From NCBI GenBank assembly GCA_048266925.1, contig JBLWYL010000001.1, positions 537,235 through 601,234 on the forward strand: a stretch of 64,000 nucleotides of DNA, given 5' to 3'. Origin of the DNA: Kangiella sp. Its GTDB lineage: Bacteria; Pseudomonadota; Gammaproteobacteria; Enterobacterales; Kangiellaceae. The position numbers were made by a program, and so were the translations under genes. Shown here piece by piece: positions 27,193-38,625 of the stretch. Position 1 is the first letter of the stretch. Each line of letters starts with the position of its first letter. The notes below the pieces were generated by a model, which saw only the letters and a list, made by a program, of their open reading frames with translations, made no database searches and was not told where the DNA came from.

Positions 27193-29571
27193 TTAGTTTC
27201 TTAACGCCGCTCCATATTGCTCAGCAAGTCCAGACACTACTTTTTCGACTACAGCATTGATTTCTGCGTCTTCGAGTGTCTTGTCCGGATGACGGAGTGT
27301 CATGGCCAATGCAATACTTTTCTTGCCTGGTTCCAAGTGCTCACCCTTGTATATATCAAAAATATGGGCGTCTGTCAGTAAATTCCCACCATTTTTTACA
27401 ATAAAATCAAGTAATTCGCCGCCATTCACAGAATCAGCTACAACTAGCGCAAGATCGCGTCGAATCGACGGGAACTTGGATAATGGCTTAAATTCAGGCA
27501 ATTGACGCTCAGAGAGCGGCGCAAGGTCCATCTGGAACACGAATGCGTCCATATCCAGGTCGATTTCCTGCTGTACCTGCGGGTGGATTTTACCGATATA
27601 ACCCACTGCATGACCGTCGATGCTAATCTCGGCTGCCTGGCCCGGATGAAGGATGTCCATATGCAGGGTTTCGAAGTCGTATGACTTGTTGGTGGCTTGC
27701 AATAAGGCTTCTACGTCGCCTTTCAGATCGTAGAAATCAACCTTCTCGCCATCGGTGTTCCAGCTTTCTTTATTGCGCAGGCCGCAGACCAGCCCGGCAA
27801 TGGTTGGGATCTGTTGCAGCGTGTCGCCGGAGTTGATGAAGCGCAAACCGAGTTCGAAGATCCGAATGCGGTTCTGTTGGCGGTTGATGTTGAATTTTGC
27901 GGTTTGCACCAGGCCCGGCAATAAGTTGGTGCGCATGACCGCCATTTCGCTGGAAATCGGGTTCATCAGCGGCAATGGTTCTATGCCCGGGTGCAGTTGT
28001 AATTGGAATTCTGGTTCAACGAAGCTGTAGGTGATGACTTCCTGATAGCCGCGCTTGACCAGTACATCGCGCATGTCGTTTTTCCAGACGCGGTTTTCCG
28101 GCTGGTCGAACATCGCCATTTCGGCTTGTGGCTTGCGGCTCGGTAGCTTGTTGTAGCCGTAAACGCGCACCAGCTCTTCAATCAGGCTCTCTTCGTTGTC
28201 GATGTCGAAGCGGAAGCTTGGTACTACTACGTCCCAACCGTCTGCGTTAGCGGTCAGCTTGAGGCCCAGGCGCTTTAAAATGTCCTGTACCTGATCATCA
28301 GCGAATGGGAAGCCCACAACGCGCTCGATGCGTTGACGACGCAAACGCAGATGCCGCTTGCTTGGCATGGCATCAAGATCAACTGCTTCAATGATGTCGC
28401 CTGGCTGGCCGCCGACGATGTCTAGCAGAAGTTCTGTAGCGCGCTCTATGGCAGTACGCTGCAATTCAAAGTCTACGCCACGCTCGTAGCGGTGCGATGC
28501 GTCAGTGTGCAGGCCGTATTGGCGCGCACGACCGGCAATCGCAATCGGGTCGAAGTAGGCGCTTTCGAGGAAGATGTTATCAGTTTGGCTGTTGATGCCC
28601 GAGTGCTCGCCACCCATCACGCCAGCAATGGCTAATGGCTTGTTATGGTCTGCAATTAATAGAGTGTCGTCAGTCAGTTCGACTTCCTGACCGTCTAGCA
28701 GAGTGAGTTTCTCGCCCTGCTTCGCCATACGAACATCAATGCCGCCTTCGATTTGTTTGAGATCGAACGCGTGCATTGGGTGACCGAGTTCCAGCAACAC
28801 AAAGTTAGTCACGTCGACTACAGGGTCAATCGCACGAACGCCTGAGCGCTCGATGTACTTAACCATCCAGTCAGGCGTTTTGGCCTGTGGGTTGATGCCT
28901 TTAATGACACGACCAAGGTAACGTGGGCAGGCTTGAGGAGCCGATAGTTTAATCGGCAGGGTGTCGCTGATTTCAGGTGTCAGCGCTTGAGGCTTGTGTT
29001 CTGTGACCGCAGTTTGCGTCAATACACCCACTTCACGCGCGATGCCTCGAATACCTAAGCAATCACCACGATTCGGCGTCAGGTCCACTTCAATAACGTG
29101 GTCATTGAGCTCGAAATAATCTTTTAGGTCCTGGCCTAGCGGCGCCTGGCTATCCAGCTCAACAATGCCGTCGCCGTCTTCGCCAATCTCAAGCTCAGTT
29201 GTAGAACACAACATGCCTTGTGATTCGATACCGCGAAGCTTGGCTTTTTTGATTTTGAAGTCGCCCGGTAATACCGCGCCAATCATGGCGACCGCGACTT
29301 TGATGCCTGCGCGTGCGTTTGGCGCACCGCAGATGATTTGTAGGTCTTCGTCGCTGACTGAACCGACCGAGACTTTGCAGACGCGCAGTTTGTCGGCGTC
29401 TGGGTGTTGTTCGGCTTCGACGATTTCGCCGACCACAACTCCTGAGAATTTATTGCCCAGGTATTCAAATCCATCAACTTCCAGGCCAGCCATTGTTAAT
29501 TTTTCTACTAACTCTTGAGTAGAAATTTCAGGGTTTACCCACTCTCGTAACCACTTTTCGCTGAATTTCAT
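27193..29571 (-). CDS. pheT: Phenylalanine--tRNA ligase beta subunit
   Basis: [39 protein letters not shown]. Confidence 0.98.
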   Translation of the reverse strand: MKFSEKWLREWVNPEISTQELVEKLTMAGLEVDGFEYLGNKFSGVVVGEIVEAEQHPDADKLRVCKVSVGSVSDEDLQIICGAPNARAGIKVAVAMIGAVLPGDFKIKKAKLRGIESQGMLCSTTELEIGEDGDGIVELDSQAPLGQDLKDYFELNDHVIEVDLTPNRGDCLGIRGIAREVGVLTQTAVTEHKPQALTPEISDTLPIKLSAPQACPRYLGRVIKGINPQAKTPDWMVKYIERSGVRAIDPVVDVTNFVLLELGHPMHAFDLKQIEGGIDVRMAKQGEKLTLLDGQEVELTDDTLLIADHNKPLAIAGVMGGEHSGINSQTDNIFLESAYFDPIAIAGRARQYGLHTDASHRYERGVDFELQRTAIERATELLLDIVGGQPGDIIEAVDLDAMPSKRHLRLRRQRIERVVGFPFADDQVQDILKRLGLKLTANADGWDVVVPSFRFDIDNEESLIEELVRVYGYNKLPSRKPQAEMAMFDQPENRVWKNDMRDVLVKRGYQEVITYSFVEPEFQLQLHPGIEPLPLMNPISSEMAVMRTNLLPGLVQTAKFNINRQQNRIRIFELGLRFINSGDTLQQIPTIAGLVCGLRNKESWNTDGEKVDFYDLKGDVEALLQATNKSYDFETLHMDILHPGQAAEISIDGHAVGYIGKIHPQVQQEIDLDMDAFVFQMDLAPLSERQLPEFKPLSKFPSIRRDLALVVADSVNGGELLDFIVKNGGNLLTDAHIFDIYKGEHLEPGKKSIALAMTLRHPDKTLEDAEINAVVEKVVSGLAEQYGAALRN

Positions 29572-29635
29572 AATGCTTTACCTAGTTTGCTACCTTGGGG
29601 TAGCTTTTCTATTGGCTAAATTTAAAATCTGTTTT

Positions 29636-29749
29636 GAGGACAAGTCGTGACTTGTCCCTACACCTACATTTCATGCTGTCATTCCCGCGGAGGCGGGAAT
29701 CCATAAGGCTCTTTTAAAAGAGTGGACTCCCGCCTTCGCGGGAGTGACA
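29636..29749. repeat. GGACAA REP plus TGTCATTCCCGC...GCGGGAATCCA inverted doublet between pheS and pheT
   Basis: 29636-29662 REP; 29677-29703 and 29723-29749 are near-perfect inverted copies, each itself palindromic. Confidence 0.85.
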
Positions 29750-29759
29750 AAATATATAA

Positions 29760-30827
<1,068 letters not shown>

Positions 30828-30873
30828 CTATGTCTAATAAGTGACTCAAAAAAGCCTCTAATTGAAAATGCAT

Positions 30874-30907
30874 AAAAAAAGGAAGAGCATTTCTGCCCTT
30901 CCTTTTT
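30874..30907. terminator. Terminator between rplT and pheS
   Basis: Minus strand AAAAAGGAAGGGC-AGAAAT-GCTCTTCCTTTTTTT. Confidence 0.75.
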
Positions 30908-30974
30908 ACTTCAATCGCTTGTCACCCGTGGGCGACTAAAATACTATTCTCGTTAAAGAACAGTTATCAGCTTA

Positions 30975-31334
30975 TTAAGCTTCAAGGACAGATTTAGCCT
31001 GGTCTGCAAAAGCAGCAAAGGCTACTTTATCAAAAACCGCTAATTCTGCTAGCATTTTACGATCAACTTCAATGTTTGATTTCTTCAAACCATTGATAAA
31101 GCGGCTGTACGACAAACCGTGTACACGAGCTTCAGCATTGATACGAGCAATCCATAAAGCACGGAATTGACGTTTACGCTGACGACGGTCACGATATGCA
31201 TATTGACCCGCTTTGATAACAGCTTGTTTAGCTACACGGTATACACGACTACGTGCACCATAATAACCTTTAGCTTGCTTTAAGATTTTCTTGTGACGCG
31301 CATGGGCAGTCACACCACGTTTTACTCTTGGCAT
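30975..31334 (-). CDS. rplT: 50S ribosomal protein L20
   Basis: [30 protein letters not shown]. Confidence 0.99.
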   Translation of the reverse strand: MPRVKRGVTAHARHKKILKQAKGYYGARSRVYRVAKQAVIKAGQYAYRDRRQRKRQFRALWIARINAEARVHGLSYSRFINGLKKSNIEVDRKMLAELAVFDKVAFAAFADQAKSVLEA

Positions 31335-31349
31335 CTCTTAATCCTCACC

Positions 31350-31547
31350 TTAACCGTTTGGCAACATACGATCGATTGAACGTGTGTCAGCAGCATCAAC
31401 TAACTTAGCATGACGTAAATGACGCTTACGCTTCGTTGATTTCTTGGTCAGGATGTGACGCAAGTGTGATTGTTTGTGCTTGTAACGGCCAGAAGCAGTT
31501 TTCTTGAAACGCTTCGATGCACCGCGGTCAGTTTTCATCTTTGGCAT
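31350..31547 (-). CDS. rpmI: 50S ribosomal protein L35
   Basis: MPKMKT...AKRF-type start (ASKRFKKT), [12 protein letters not shown]. Confidence 0.98.
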   Translation of the reverse strand: MPKMKTDRGASKRFKKTASGRYKHKQSHLRHILTKKSTKRKRHLRHAKLVDAADTRSIDRMLPNG

Positions 31548-31701
31548 AATAAAATACTCGCATTGTTACCCGTCATGGCCATTGCTTTAATTTGTGCAAT
31601 CGTTTGAGCGCATGACTAGTTATAAAAACGGACAGCTCAGTGGTTACACCATGCTGCCCAACCTATGAAAAGTGTAAGTGCTCTTGCGAGACTCTTCTTA
31701 C

Positions 31702-32235
31702 TTACCTTTTCTTTTTGGGGCCAATCACCATCGTCATCTGACGACCTTCCATTGAAGGGCGGTGTTCAACAGCTCCGTATTCTTCCAGGTCTTTTTCGAC
31801 ACGCTTCAATAACTCCATTCCGAGTTCTTGGTGCGCCATCTCACGACCACGGAAGCGAACTGTTACTTTCGCCTTGTCCCCATCTTCCAGGAAACGTATC
31901 AGGTTGCGTAGTTTTACCTGATAATCTCCTATGTCCGTCCCTGGGCGAAACTTAATTTCTTTCACGTGAGTTACTTTTTGTTTTTTCTTAGCAGCTGCTT
32001 TCGCTTTCTTCTGCTCAAAAAGGAACTTACCGAAATCCATCACTTTACAAACTGGAGGATCCGCATCTGGCGAAACTTCCACTAAGTCCTGGTTAGCTTC
32101 TTTCGCTTGAGCCAAGGCTTCTTTGATTCCTACTACGCCGACGTTTTCACCGGTGGCGTCTATCAGGCGAACTTCTTTCACCCGGATGTCTTCGTTTATG
32201 CGCTGTCTATCAGAGCGCTTATCACCTTTTCTGAT
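31702..32235 (-). CDS. infC: Translation initiation factor IF-3 (non-AUG start, ATC 32235 or ATT 32241)
   Basis: [25 protein letters not shown]; the frame extends 5' of the GTG call to ATC/ATT downstream of a GAGG RBS. Confidence 0.95.
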   Translation of the reverse strand: MRKGDKRSDRQRINEDIRVKEVRLIDATGENVGVVGIKEALAQAKEANQDLVEVSPDADPPVCKVMDFGKFLFEQKKAKAAAKKKQKVTHVKEIKFRPGTDIGDYQVKLRNLIRFLEDGDKAKVTVRFRGREMAHQELGMELLKRVEKDLEEYGAVEHRPSMEGRQMTMVIGPKKKR

Positions 32236-32260
32236 GGTAATTTTCCTCTTTAATTATTGC

Positions 32261-34180
32261 CTAGTCAGCCTTTCTGGCTCGCTTCGCAACTTCTGCTTCT
32301 AGCAACTCAGCAAAGGCTTCAATACTCATGCTACCTAAGTCTTCCCCATCACGAGTACGGACTGCAACATGGTTATTTTCGACTTCTCTATCACCGACCA
32401 CTAACAAGAATGGCACGCGTGCTAGAGTCTGCTCGCGAATTTTAAAGCCGATCTTCTCATTTCTCAAGTCCGAATTCACTCTAAAACCTTTATTTTTCAA
32501 GGATTCGACCACTTTTTGGCAAAAATCGGCCTGTTTGTCGGTAATATTCATGACAACAGCCTGAGTTGGCGCCAACCAAGCAGGGAATTTTCCAGCGAAT
32601 TCTTCGATCAAAATACCGATAAATCGTTCAAGTGACCCCAAAATGGCTCGGTGCAACATCACCGGAGTTTCGCGCTCGCCACTTTCCGCCACATATTCTG
32701 CGTCTAAGCGACCCGGCATTGAGAAGTCCACCTGAATAGTACCACATTGCCAGTGTCGCTCGAGACAATCTTTTAGCGTGAACTCAAGTTTCGGGCCATA
32801 GAAGGCACCTTCGCCCGGCTGGTATTCGAATTGGATGTCATTGGCTTTCAGTGCATCGGCCAGTGCTGCTTCGGCTTTGTCCCACTCTTGATCAGTGCCG
32901 ACGCGTTTTTCTGGACGGGTTGAAAGCTTGACGATAACGTCAGTGAAACCAAAGTCTGCATAAACGTCATAAAGCATTGCGATGAACTTGGACACTTCTT
33001 CCTGAATTTGATCTTCAGTACAGAAAATGTGTGCATCGTCCTGCACAAAGTTGCGCAGACGCATGATGCCGTGCAAGGCACCCGACGGTTCATTACGGTG
33101 GCAAGAACCGAACTCGGCCATACGCAATGGCAGGTCACGGTAGCTTTTCAGGCCAACGTTGAAAATCTGGACGTGGCATGGGCAGTTCATTGGCTTAATC
33201 GCATAATCACGCTCGTCTGATTTGAGCGTAAACATGTCGTCGCCGAACTTGTCCCAGTGGCCTGATTTTTCCCACAAGCTGCGGTCAACCATTTGAGGCG
33301 TTTTCACTTCCTGATAATCGTGTTCTTTCAAACGCTCGCGAATGTATTGCTCAAGCGTTTTATAAATGGTCCAGCCTTTGTCGTGCCAGAAAATCATGCC
33401 AGGCGCTTCTTCCTGAATATGGAATAGGTCCAAAGCTTTGGCGATTTTACGGTGGTCACGCTTCTCCGCTTCTTCCAAGCGGTGCAAGTAGGCTTTCAAT
33501 TCTTTCTTGTTAGTCCAGGCTGTACCGTAGATACGTTGCAGCATGGCGTTGTTCGAATCGCCACGCCAGTAAGCACCGGCAACTTTCATCAACTTGAAGG
33601 CTTTCAGTTTCGACGTGGAAGGCACGTGTGGGCCACGGCACAGGTCGATAAAATCGCCCTGGCGATACAAGGATAAGGTTTCGTTCTGCGGAATCGACTC
33701 GATGATTTCAGCTTTGTATTCTTCGCCCATATTGCGAAAGAAAGCCACTGCTTCGTCACGGCCCATTTCAGTGCGCTCAACTTGCAGGTTCTCTTTGGTG
33801 ATTTTTTCCATCTCTTTTTCGATGGCGCGCAAGTCGTCTTCTGAAAACGGCTTTTCAGTGGCGAAATCATAGTAAAAGCCATTATCAATTACTGGCCCGA
33901 TGGTGACTTGGACGTTATCAAACAAACGCTGTACCGCCTGCGCTAACAAGTGGGCGGTTGAGTGACGAATCACTTCCAGGCCGTCTTCATCGCGCTCGGT
34001 GATGATTGCTAAATTCGCATCGTTTTCGATAACAAAGCTGGTGTCTACCATCTGACCATTCACTTTGCCAGCTAATGCAGCTTTGGCTAATCCGGGACCT
34101 ATGTCGTTTGCAACGTCATAAACTGAGACTGCGTGGTCGAATTCACGCTTACTTCCATCAGGTAATGTAATTACAGGCAT
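32261..34180 (-). CDS. thrS: Threonine--tRNA ligase
   Basis: [39 protein letters not shown]. Confidence 0.99.
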   Translation of the reverse strand: MPVITLPDGSKREFDHAVSVYDVANDIGPGLAKAALAGKVNGQMVDTSFVIENDANLAIITERDEDGLEVIRHSTAHLLAQAVQRLFDNVQVTIGPVIDNGFYYDFATEKPFSEDDLRAIEKEMEKITKENLQVERTEMGRDEAVAFFRNMGEEYKAEIIESIPQNETLSLYRQGDFIDLCRGPHVPSTSKLKAFKLMKVAGAYWRGDSNNAMLQRIYGTAWTNKKELKAYLHRLEEAEKRDHRKIAKALDLFHIQEEAPGMIFWHDKGWTIYKTLEQYIRERLKEHDYQEVKTPQMVDRSLWEKSGHWDKFGDDMFTLKSDERDYAIKPMNCPCHVQIFNVGLKSYRDLPLRMAEFGSCHRNEPSGALHGIMRLRNFVQDDAHIFCTEDQIQEEVSKFIAMLYDVYADFGFTDVIVKLSTRPEKRVGTDQEWDKAEAALADALKANDIQFEYQPGEGAFYGPKLEFTLKDCLERHWQCGTIQVDFSMPGRLDAEYVAESGERETPVMLHRAILGSLERFIGILIEEFAGKFPAWLAPTQAVVMNITDKQADFCQKVVESLKNKGFRVNSDLRNEKIGFKIREQTLARVPFLLVVGDREVENNHVAVRTRDGEDLGSMSIEAFAELLEAEVAKRARKAD

Positions 34181-34200
34181 TTTTACTCTCTCTTTCGAAT

Positions 34201-34222
34201 ATAGCCCCTACGAATGGGCTAT
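34201..34222 (-). promoter_or_regulatory. thrS translational operator (tRNA-Thr anticodon-arm mimic)
   Basis: Minus-strand hairpin ATAGCCC-ATTCGTAG-GGGCTAT with CGU in the loop, 20 nt upstream of the thrS ATG. Confidence 0.65.
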
Positions 34223-34444
34223 TATTCAATCGGTTAATTAATAGTACAAAAGCGAATGAGCTTTAAAAACACAGTCGCAAAAAACACCCGTCAACCTGGA
34301 TTATGAGGCTGATTGAGGCGTTAATGTGAAATTATCGGGGAACCCGACGAATATATGCAATAGGATATAGCAAAAAGCCCTGTAAAACATCAGGTTTTAT
34401 GGATATTCTTATCATTTTTAAAGCTGTTTAAGGAAATTACCGCT

Positions 34445-34897
34445 ATGAGTTATGCAACCGCTCAATGCCTGTGTGGAAAAACAGGAATCAGCGCCCCCAA
34501 TCTCGGCGACAGTATTGGTGCCTGCCATTGTGTGATGTGCCGCACCTGGTCCGGTGGCCCGATGCTTGGCGTCGATGGTGGCGAAGGATTAATTCTTGAG
34601 AACGAAGCCCATATCAGCGTCTACAATTCGTCCGAGTGGGCCGAGCGCGGATTTTGTAATGTCTGTGGTACTCACCTTTTTTACCGCCTCGTCGATAGCG
34701 ATAAGTATTACATTCCCGTCGGGCTGTTTGCCGACAGCGACAAGTTTCATTTCGATGAGCAGATTTATGTTGAGCAAAAGCCGCATTACTATGATTTCGC
34801 CACCAAGACCAAAATGATGACCGGTGATGAAGTGGTGTCAGAGTTTGAGGAACAAAGCGCTGAGAAGTCGCCTGATGATTTGAAGAGCTATCCTTAA
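34445..34897 (+). CDS. GFA/CENP-V family zinc protein
   Basis: CLCG, CHCVMCR, RGFCNVCGTHLF. Confidence 0.92.
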   Translation: MSYATAQCLCGKTGISAPNLGDSIGACHCVMCRTWSGGPMLGVDGGEGLILENEAHISVYNSSEWAERGFCNVCGTHLFYRLVDSDKYYIPVGLFADSDKFHFDEQIYVEQKPHYYDFATKTKMMTGDEVVSEFEEQSAEKSPDDLKSYP

Positions 34898-34945
34898 TTT
34901 TATTAAAGTCACTGGATTCCGCTATCAAGTAGCGGAATGACAAGA

Positions 34946-35704
34946 TTAAAGCAACTCACTCAAGGCTGAATAAATCAGCTTACAGCCGAGCCCAAAAAGC
35001 AGCACATAAATAATATTAAGGAAGGTTTTTTGTGGTAAATGGCTCTGTAGCCATTTGCCTAATGCCACGCCGATTAAAGCGACGGGGATTAGGAGTGCGC
35101 CTTGCCATAGGATCTGTTTGTTAAATTGTTCGAGAGCGATGTAAGGATAGAGTTTGAACAGGTTGATGGCAGCAAAGAAGTAAACCGCTGTAGCGAGGAA
35201 TTCTGAGCGTGATAGTTTTTGCTTGAGCAGGAACATGTTGAGTGGCGGACCGCCTGCATGAGCTAAGAAGCTGGTGAAGCCTGCGCTGGCTCCGGCGACG
35301 GCTCCAAAAACTGCATTGGGTTTATCTTGCTGATCTTTTTTATTTTGGTTGGGCCATAGTTGAATCACGACAAAAACGATCGCTATAACGCCTAACAACA
35401 GTCGTATCCAGTCTTCGGATAATTGGTCGGCGGTGGCATAACCGATGGCGACGCCGATGAGGGAAGCTGGGATCAGTGCGATTAACAGTTTGCGATTGTA
35501 TTGTCCCCACCAGAGTTTGAGGCTGAATCCATCCATGATGATTAGCAGTGGCAACATCAGGGCGATGGCCTGCAATGGGGACATCACCAGCGACAACAAC
35601 GGTACGGCAACCGCGCCAGCACCACCGGCAAATCCGGATTTGGAGATACCTGTGATGAGGACAGCGATTACCGCAACGCTCCAGTATAGAATTAAGTCAA
35701 TCAA
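34946..35704 (-). CDS. TauE/SafE family sulfite exporter
   Basis: TGISKSGFAGG, AHAGGPP, multiple TM helices. Confidence 0.92.
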   Translation of the reverse strand: MIDLILYWSVAVIAVLITGISKSGFAGGAGAVAVPLLSLVMSPLQAIALMLPLLIIMDGFSLKLWWGQYNRKLLIALIPASLIGVAIGYATADQLSEDWIRLLLGVIAIVFVVIQLWPNQNKKDQQDKPNAVFGAVAGASAGFTSFLAHAGGPPLNMFLLKQKLSRSEFLATAVYFFAAINLFKLYPYIALEQFNKQILWQGALLIPVALIGVALGKWLQSHLPQKTFLNIIYVLLFGLGCKLIYSALSELL

Positions 35705-35757
35705 CGATTATCCTTATGCATTACCGCCTATTGATTACGAGATAAGCGATAACGAGC

Positions 35758-36462
35758 TTAGTTCAAGGGAGCCATGTCGAAAATCAACACTTCAGCTTTG
35801 TTGCCATTTGCAAGCTCAATAGTTTCGCCAGCTTCAAAACCAACACCATCACCTTGGTTAAGATCTTCGCCATTAACCTGCACGCTACCGCGCGCTACAT
35901 GTAACCATGCTTTGCGCTTTGCTGACAACTGATGCGATGCTGATTCTGCGCCATCAAACAGGCCGGCATACATGTCCACATCCTGCCCAATGGTCACAGA
36001 GCCGTCACGACCATTCTGCGAGGCGACTAGTTTTAATTGGCCACGCTTCTCATCCTCACTAAAGGCTTTTTGCTCATAACCGGGTTCTGTGCCCTGCTCC
36101 GCTGGTAAAAACCAGATTTGCAAAAAGCCTGTGGTGTTTTCTTGGTCATGATTAAATTCGCTGTGGGTGACGCCTGTTCCGGCGGACATGCGTTGCACTT
36201 CGCCAGGACGAATCACGCCGTCATTGCCCATGCTGTCTTTATGCGCCAAAGCACCTTCCAGAACATAGGAGACGATTTCCATATTCTGATGTCCGTGGGT
36301 TTGAAATCCTGCACCAGCTCGTACTTTGTCATCGTTAATCACCCGCAAGCTTTCATAACCCATAAATTTCGGATCGTAATAATGTCCGAAGGAAAAGGTG
36401 TGCGAGGTGTTTAGCCAACCGAAGTCAAAGTTTCCACGCTCATTAGCTCGACGAATTAACAT
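35758..36462 (-). CDS. Pirin family protein (YhhW-like)
   Basis: GFQTHGHQNMEIVSYVLEGALAHKDSMG, VQRMSAGTGVTHSE. Confidence 0.95.
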   Translation of the reverse strand: MLIRRANERGNFDFGWLNTSHTFSFGHYYDPKFMGYESLRVINDDKVRAGAGFQTHGHQNMEIVSYVLEGALAHKDSMGNDGVIRPGEVQRMSAGTGVTHSEFNHDQENTTGFLQIWFLPAEQGTEPGYEQKAFSEDEKRGQLKLVASQNGRDGSVTIGQDVDMYAGLFDGAESASHQLSAKRKAWLHVARGSVQVNGEDLNQGDGVGFEAGETIELANGNKAEVLIFDMAPLN

Positions 36463-36562
36463 AACAAACTCCTTAAGTTTGGTTTACAGGAGTTAGTTTA
36501 GGCCTTGCCAGAAATAACCTCAACGCATAGAAACTGATATTAGATATGCCCTCAACGCATGA

Positions 36563-36757
36563 TTAATCATTGTCTGTGGCTATGTTAATACTGACATCCT
36601 CGCCATCGGCAGATACCTGAACTTGGAACTCAATTGGCCGACAACAAATTTGGCAGTCTTCAATATACGACTGTTGCAAAACGGATGGATCAATCAGAAT
36701 AGTTTGCGGCTCACCGCAATAGGGACAGTTGATGGTGGATTCGATTTGTCTAAGCAT
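36563..36757 (-). CDS. CPXCG-motif cysteine-rich small protein
   Basis: CPYCGE...EDCQICCRPI. Confidence 0.88.
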   Translation of the reverse strand: MLRQIESTINCPYCGEPQTILIDPSVLQQSYIEDCQICCRPIEFQVQVSADGEDVSINIATDND

Positions 36758-36793
36758 AAGCCATTCTGGATCAGTATGGTGCTGATTGGCAAA

Positions 36794-37795
36794 TCAGGAA
36801 GCCGGTTTTAGGGCTGCACCTTCATCCGGTTCGTAACTGACCACTTCGATTCGATTGCGGCCGGTTTTCTTTGCCTGATACATGGCAATGTCTGCGTCAC
36901 GAGTGAACAAAGAAGAGCTGGAGTCTTTCGGCGGTATTCCGTAGCAAACACCGGTGCTAATAGTTAGGTATGAACTAACCGCTGAATATTGGTTTTCGAT
37001 ATTGAGATCGATAATGGATTGTCTCAGTCGCTCAAGATGGTCAATAAAACAATCGACACCATTTTCCAGGGTTGCGACAATTACAAATTCTTCACCGCCA
37101 AAACGCGCTACCAAATCGGCTTTACGCGAGAAGCTTTCTGAAATTTTATCCGCTACAGCTTTTAAGGCTTTGTCGCCTTCCAGATGACCGTAGTGATCGT
37201 TGTACAACTTGAAACTGTCAATATCGATAAAGACCACCGCCATGGTCGCTTCAAGTCTCTGATGCACCGCCCACAGACGATCCAGTTCCTGGCCAAAGTA
37301 GCGGCGATTGTGTAAGCTGGTCAATGAGTCGCGGCTGGCCAATTCCTGCAACTCGTCTTTCAAATTCAAAAGATTCTCGTGCCTTTCTTGAATATGCCTC
37401 TCTTTCTCAACTCGTTCAGTAACGTCCTTTTGTACCGCGATGTAGTGTGTTAACGAACCGCCATCAGAAAACACTGGAGAAATGCTTAACTCACTCCAGA
37501 AAGGCTCACCTGTTTTTTTGTGGCTAAGCAGGGTGACACGGCAAGACTCTTGGTTAAAAACGGCCTGGTGTAGCACTTCAATTTCCGGTTGCTCTTCAGT
37601 ACCTTCAATATAAGTCCAGTAATCTTTACCAAGTACTTCATCAGCTGTATAACCTGTTAATGATTCAAAGGCGGGATTAACAAAAATGATCTGGCAATCA
37701 TCACCGGTAATTTCAGATATAACAATGCCATCCACCGTCGCTTTTAAAGCTTCGGCGAGCAGATCTGATGAAATAGGACCGCTCTTCTGTGTCAT
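36794..37795 (-). CDS. PAS-domain diguanylate cyclase
   Basis: PAS (FVNPAFESLTGY...FWSELSISP), coiled coil, DSLT, RKAD I-site, GGEEF. Confidence 0.93.
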   Translation of the reverse strand: MTQKSGPISSDLLAEALKATVDGIVISEITGDDCQIIFVNPAFESLTGYTADEVLGKDYWTYIEGTEEQPEIEVLHQAVFNQESCRVTLLSHKKTGEPFWSELSISPVFSDGGSLTHYIAVQKDVTERVEKERHIQERHENLLNLKDELQELASRDSLTSLHNRRYFGQELDRLWAVHQRLEATMAVVFIDIDSFKLYNDHYGHLEGDKALKAVADKISESFSRKADLVARFGGEEFVIVATLENGVDCFIDHLERLRQSIIDLNIENQYSAVSSYLTISTGVCYGIPPKDSSSSLFTRDADIAMYQAKKTGRNRIEVVSYEPDEGAALKPAS

Positions 37796-38070
37796 ATTCG
37801 TTATATCAATATAGGCTCAAAGGCAGGCTCAAACAGCTAAAGGAGGATCGGGCCTGACAGCTTCTCAGAGCATTTCATCCAAAATCATGCGCTAAGAGTA
37901 GAAAATATACAGCCCGGATCCCTTGGTAGCGCTAGCGTTATACCAGAAACTGTACATTTTTAACACAGGTAATTTGTGGGGTTATTAAGAGTGTTATTAG
38001 TTTTTGACATATATCAGGTCATGGTTAGTTACTTGATTGTTATGACAAATCGGCAATGTATCGAGTGAGA

Positions 38071-38463
38071 TTACGTGATTTCGACGCGCCATGGAGGATT
38101 CAAGCGGTTTTCGCCGGCCCAATACAACTTGATTTTATTACCGCTGGGATCGTGGAGAATAGCCTCTCGCCATAGGTAGCTCATGTCGGTGGGCAGCTGC
38201 TCAAACTCTATGCCTTTGGCAATCAGTTCATCAACCCACTCATCAAGAGCCTCATGTTCAAAGTAAATGGTAGCTCCCGAACCGGTAGTTTGCGGTTCCA
38301 GCATCAGTGAAAAAGTTGAGGGCTCATGGCTATCAGAGCGTGCAGGACATTCAAACCGGGCATAGTGTGGCGAATCGACGATCTGCATAAACCCCAGTCG
38401 CCGGTAAAACTCAGTCGCTTTAGGAATATTGTTTACGGGTAACGTGACTTGATTAAGATTCAT
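38071..38463 (-). CDS. VOC/glyoxalase family protein
   Basis: LNQVTLPV...FYRRLGF...WREAILHDPSGNKI. Confidence 0.9.
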   Translation of the reverse strand: MNLNQVTLPVNNIPKATEFYRRLGFMQIVDSPHYARFECPARSDSHEPSTFSLMLEPQTTGSGATIYFEHEALDEWVDELIAKGIEFEQLPTDMSYLWREAILHDPSGNKIKLYWAGENRLNPPWRVEIT

Positions 38464-38484
38464 AATACTTTCCCCGCCAATTGG

Positions 38485-38625
38485 TTAACCTAGAAAAAGC
38501 CTGATGCCGAAGCCGATAGTTGCCAGCGCTAAAACGCCGGCTATCCATAAACCAACAAACCATAAGATCTTTTTCCAGGCTGGTTTGTTGGATGCTTCTC
38601 TAAGCTCTTCACCGGCTTTAGTCAT
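38485..38625 (-). CDS. Small membrane protein after cydB (DUF2474-like, putative bd oxidase small subunit), 46 aa
   Basis: Manual translation MTKAGEELREASNKPAWKKILWFVGLWIAGVLALATIGFGIRLFLG; ATG overlaps the cydB stop (TAATG). Confidence 0.8.
   Translation of the reverse strand: MTKAGEELREASNKPAWKKILWFVGLWIAGVLALATIGFGIRLFLG

Noticed and set aside
37800-38070. Riboswitch (c-di-GMP, TPP or glycine) in the long leader of the diguanylate cyclase
   Set aside because: Only a possible GGATCCGGGC/GCCCGATCC pairing is present; the conserved aptamer motifs are absent. Needs an Infernal search.
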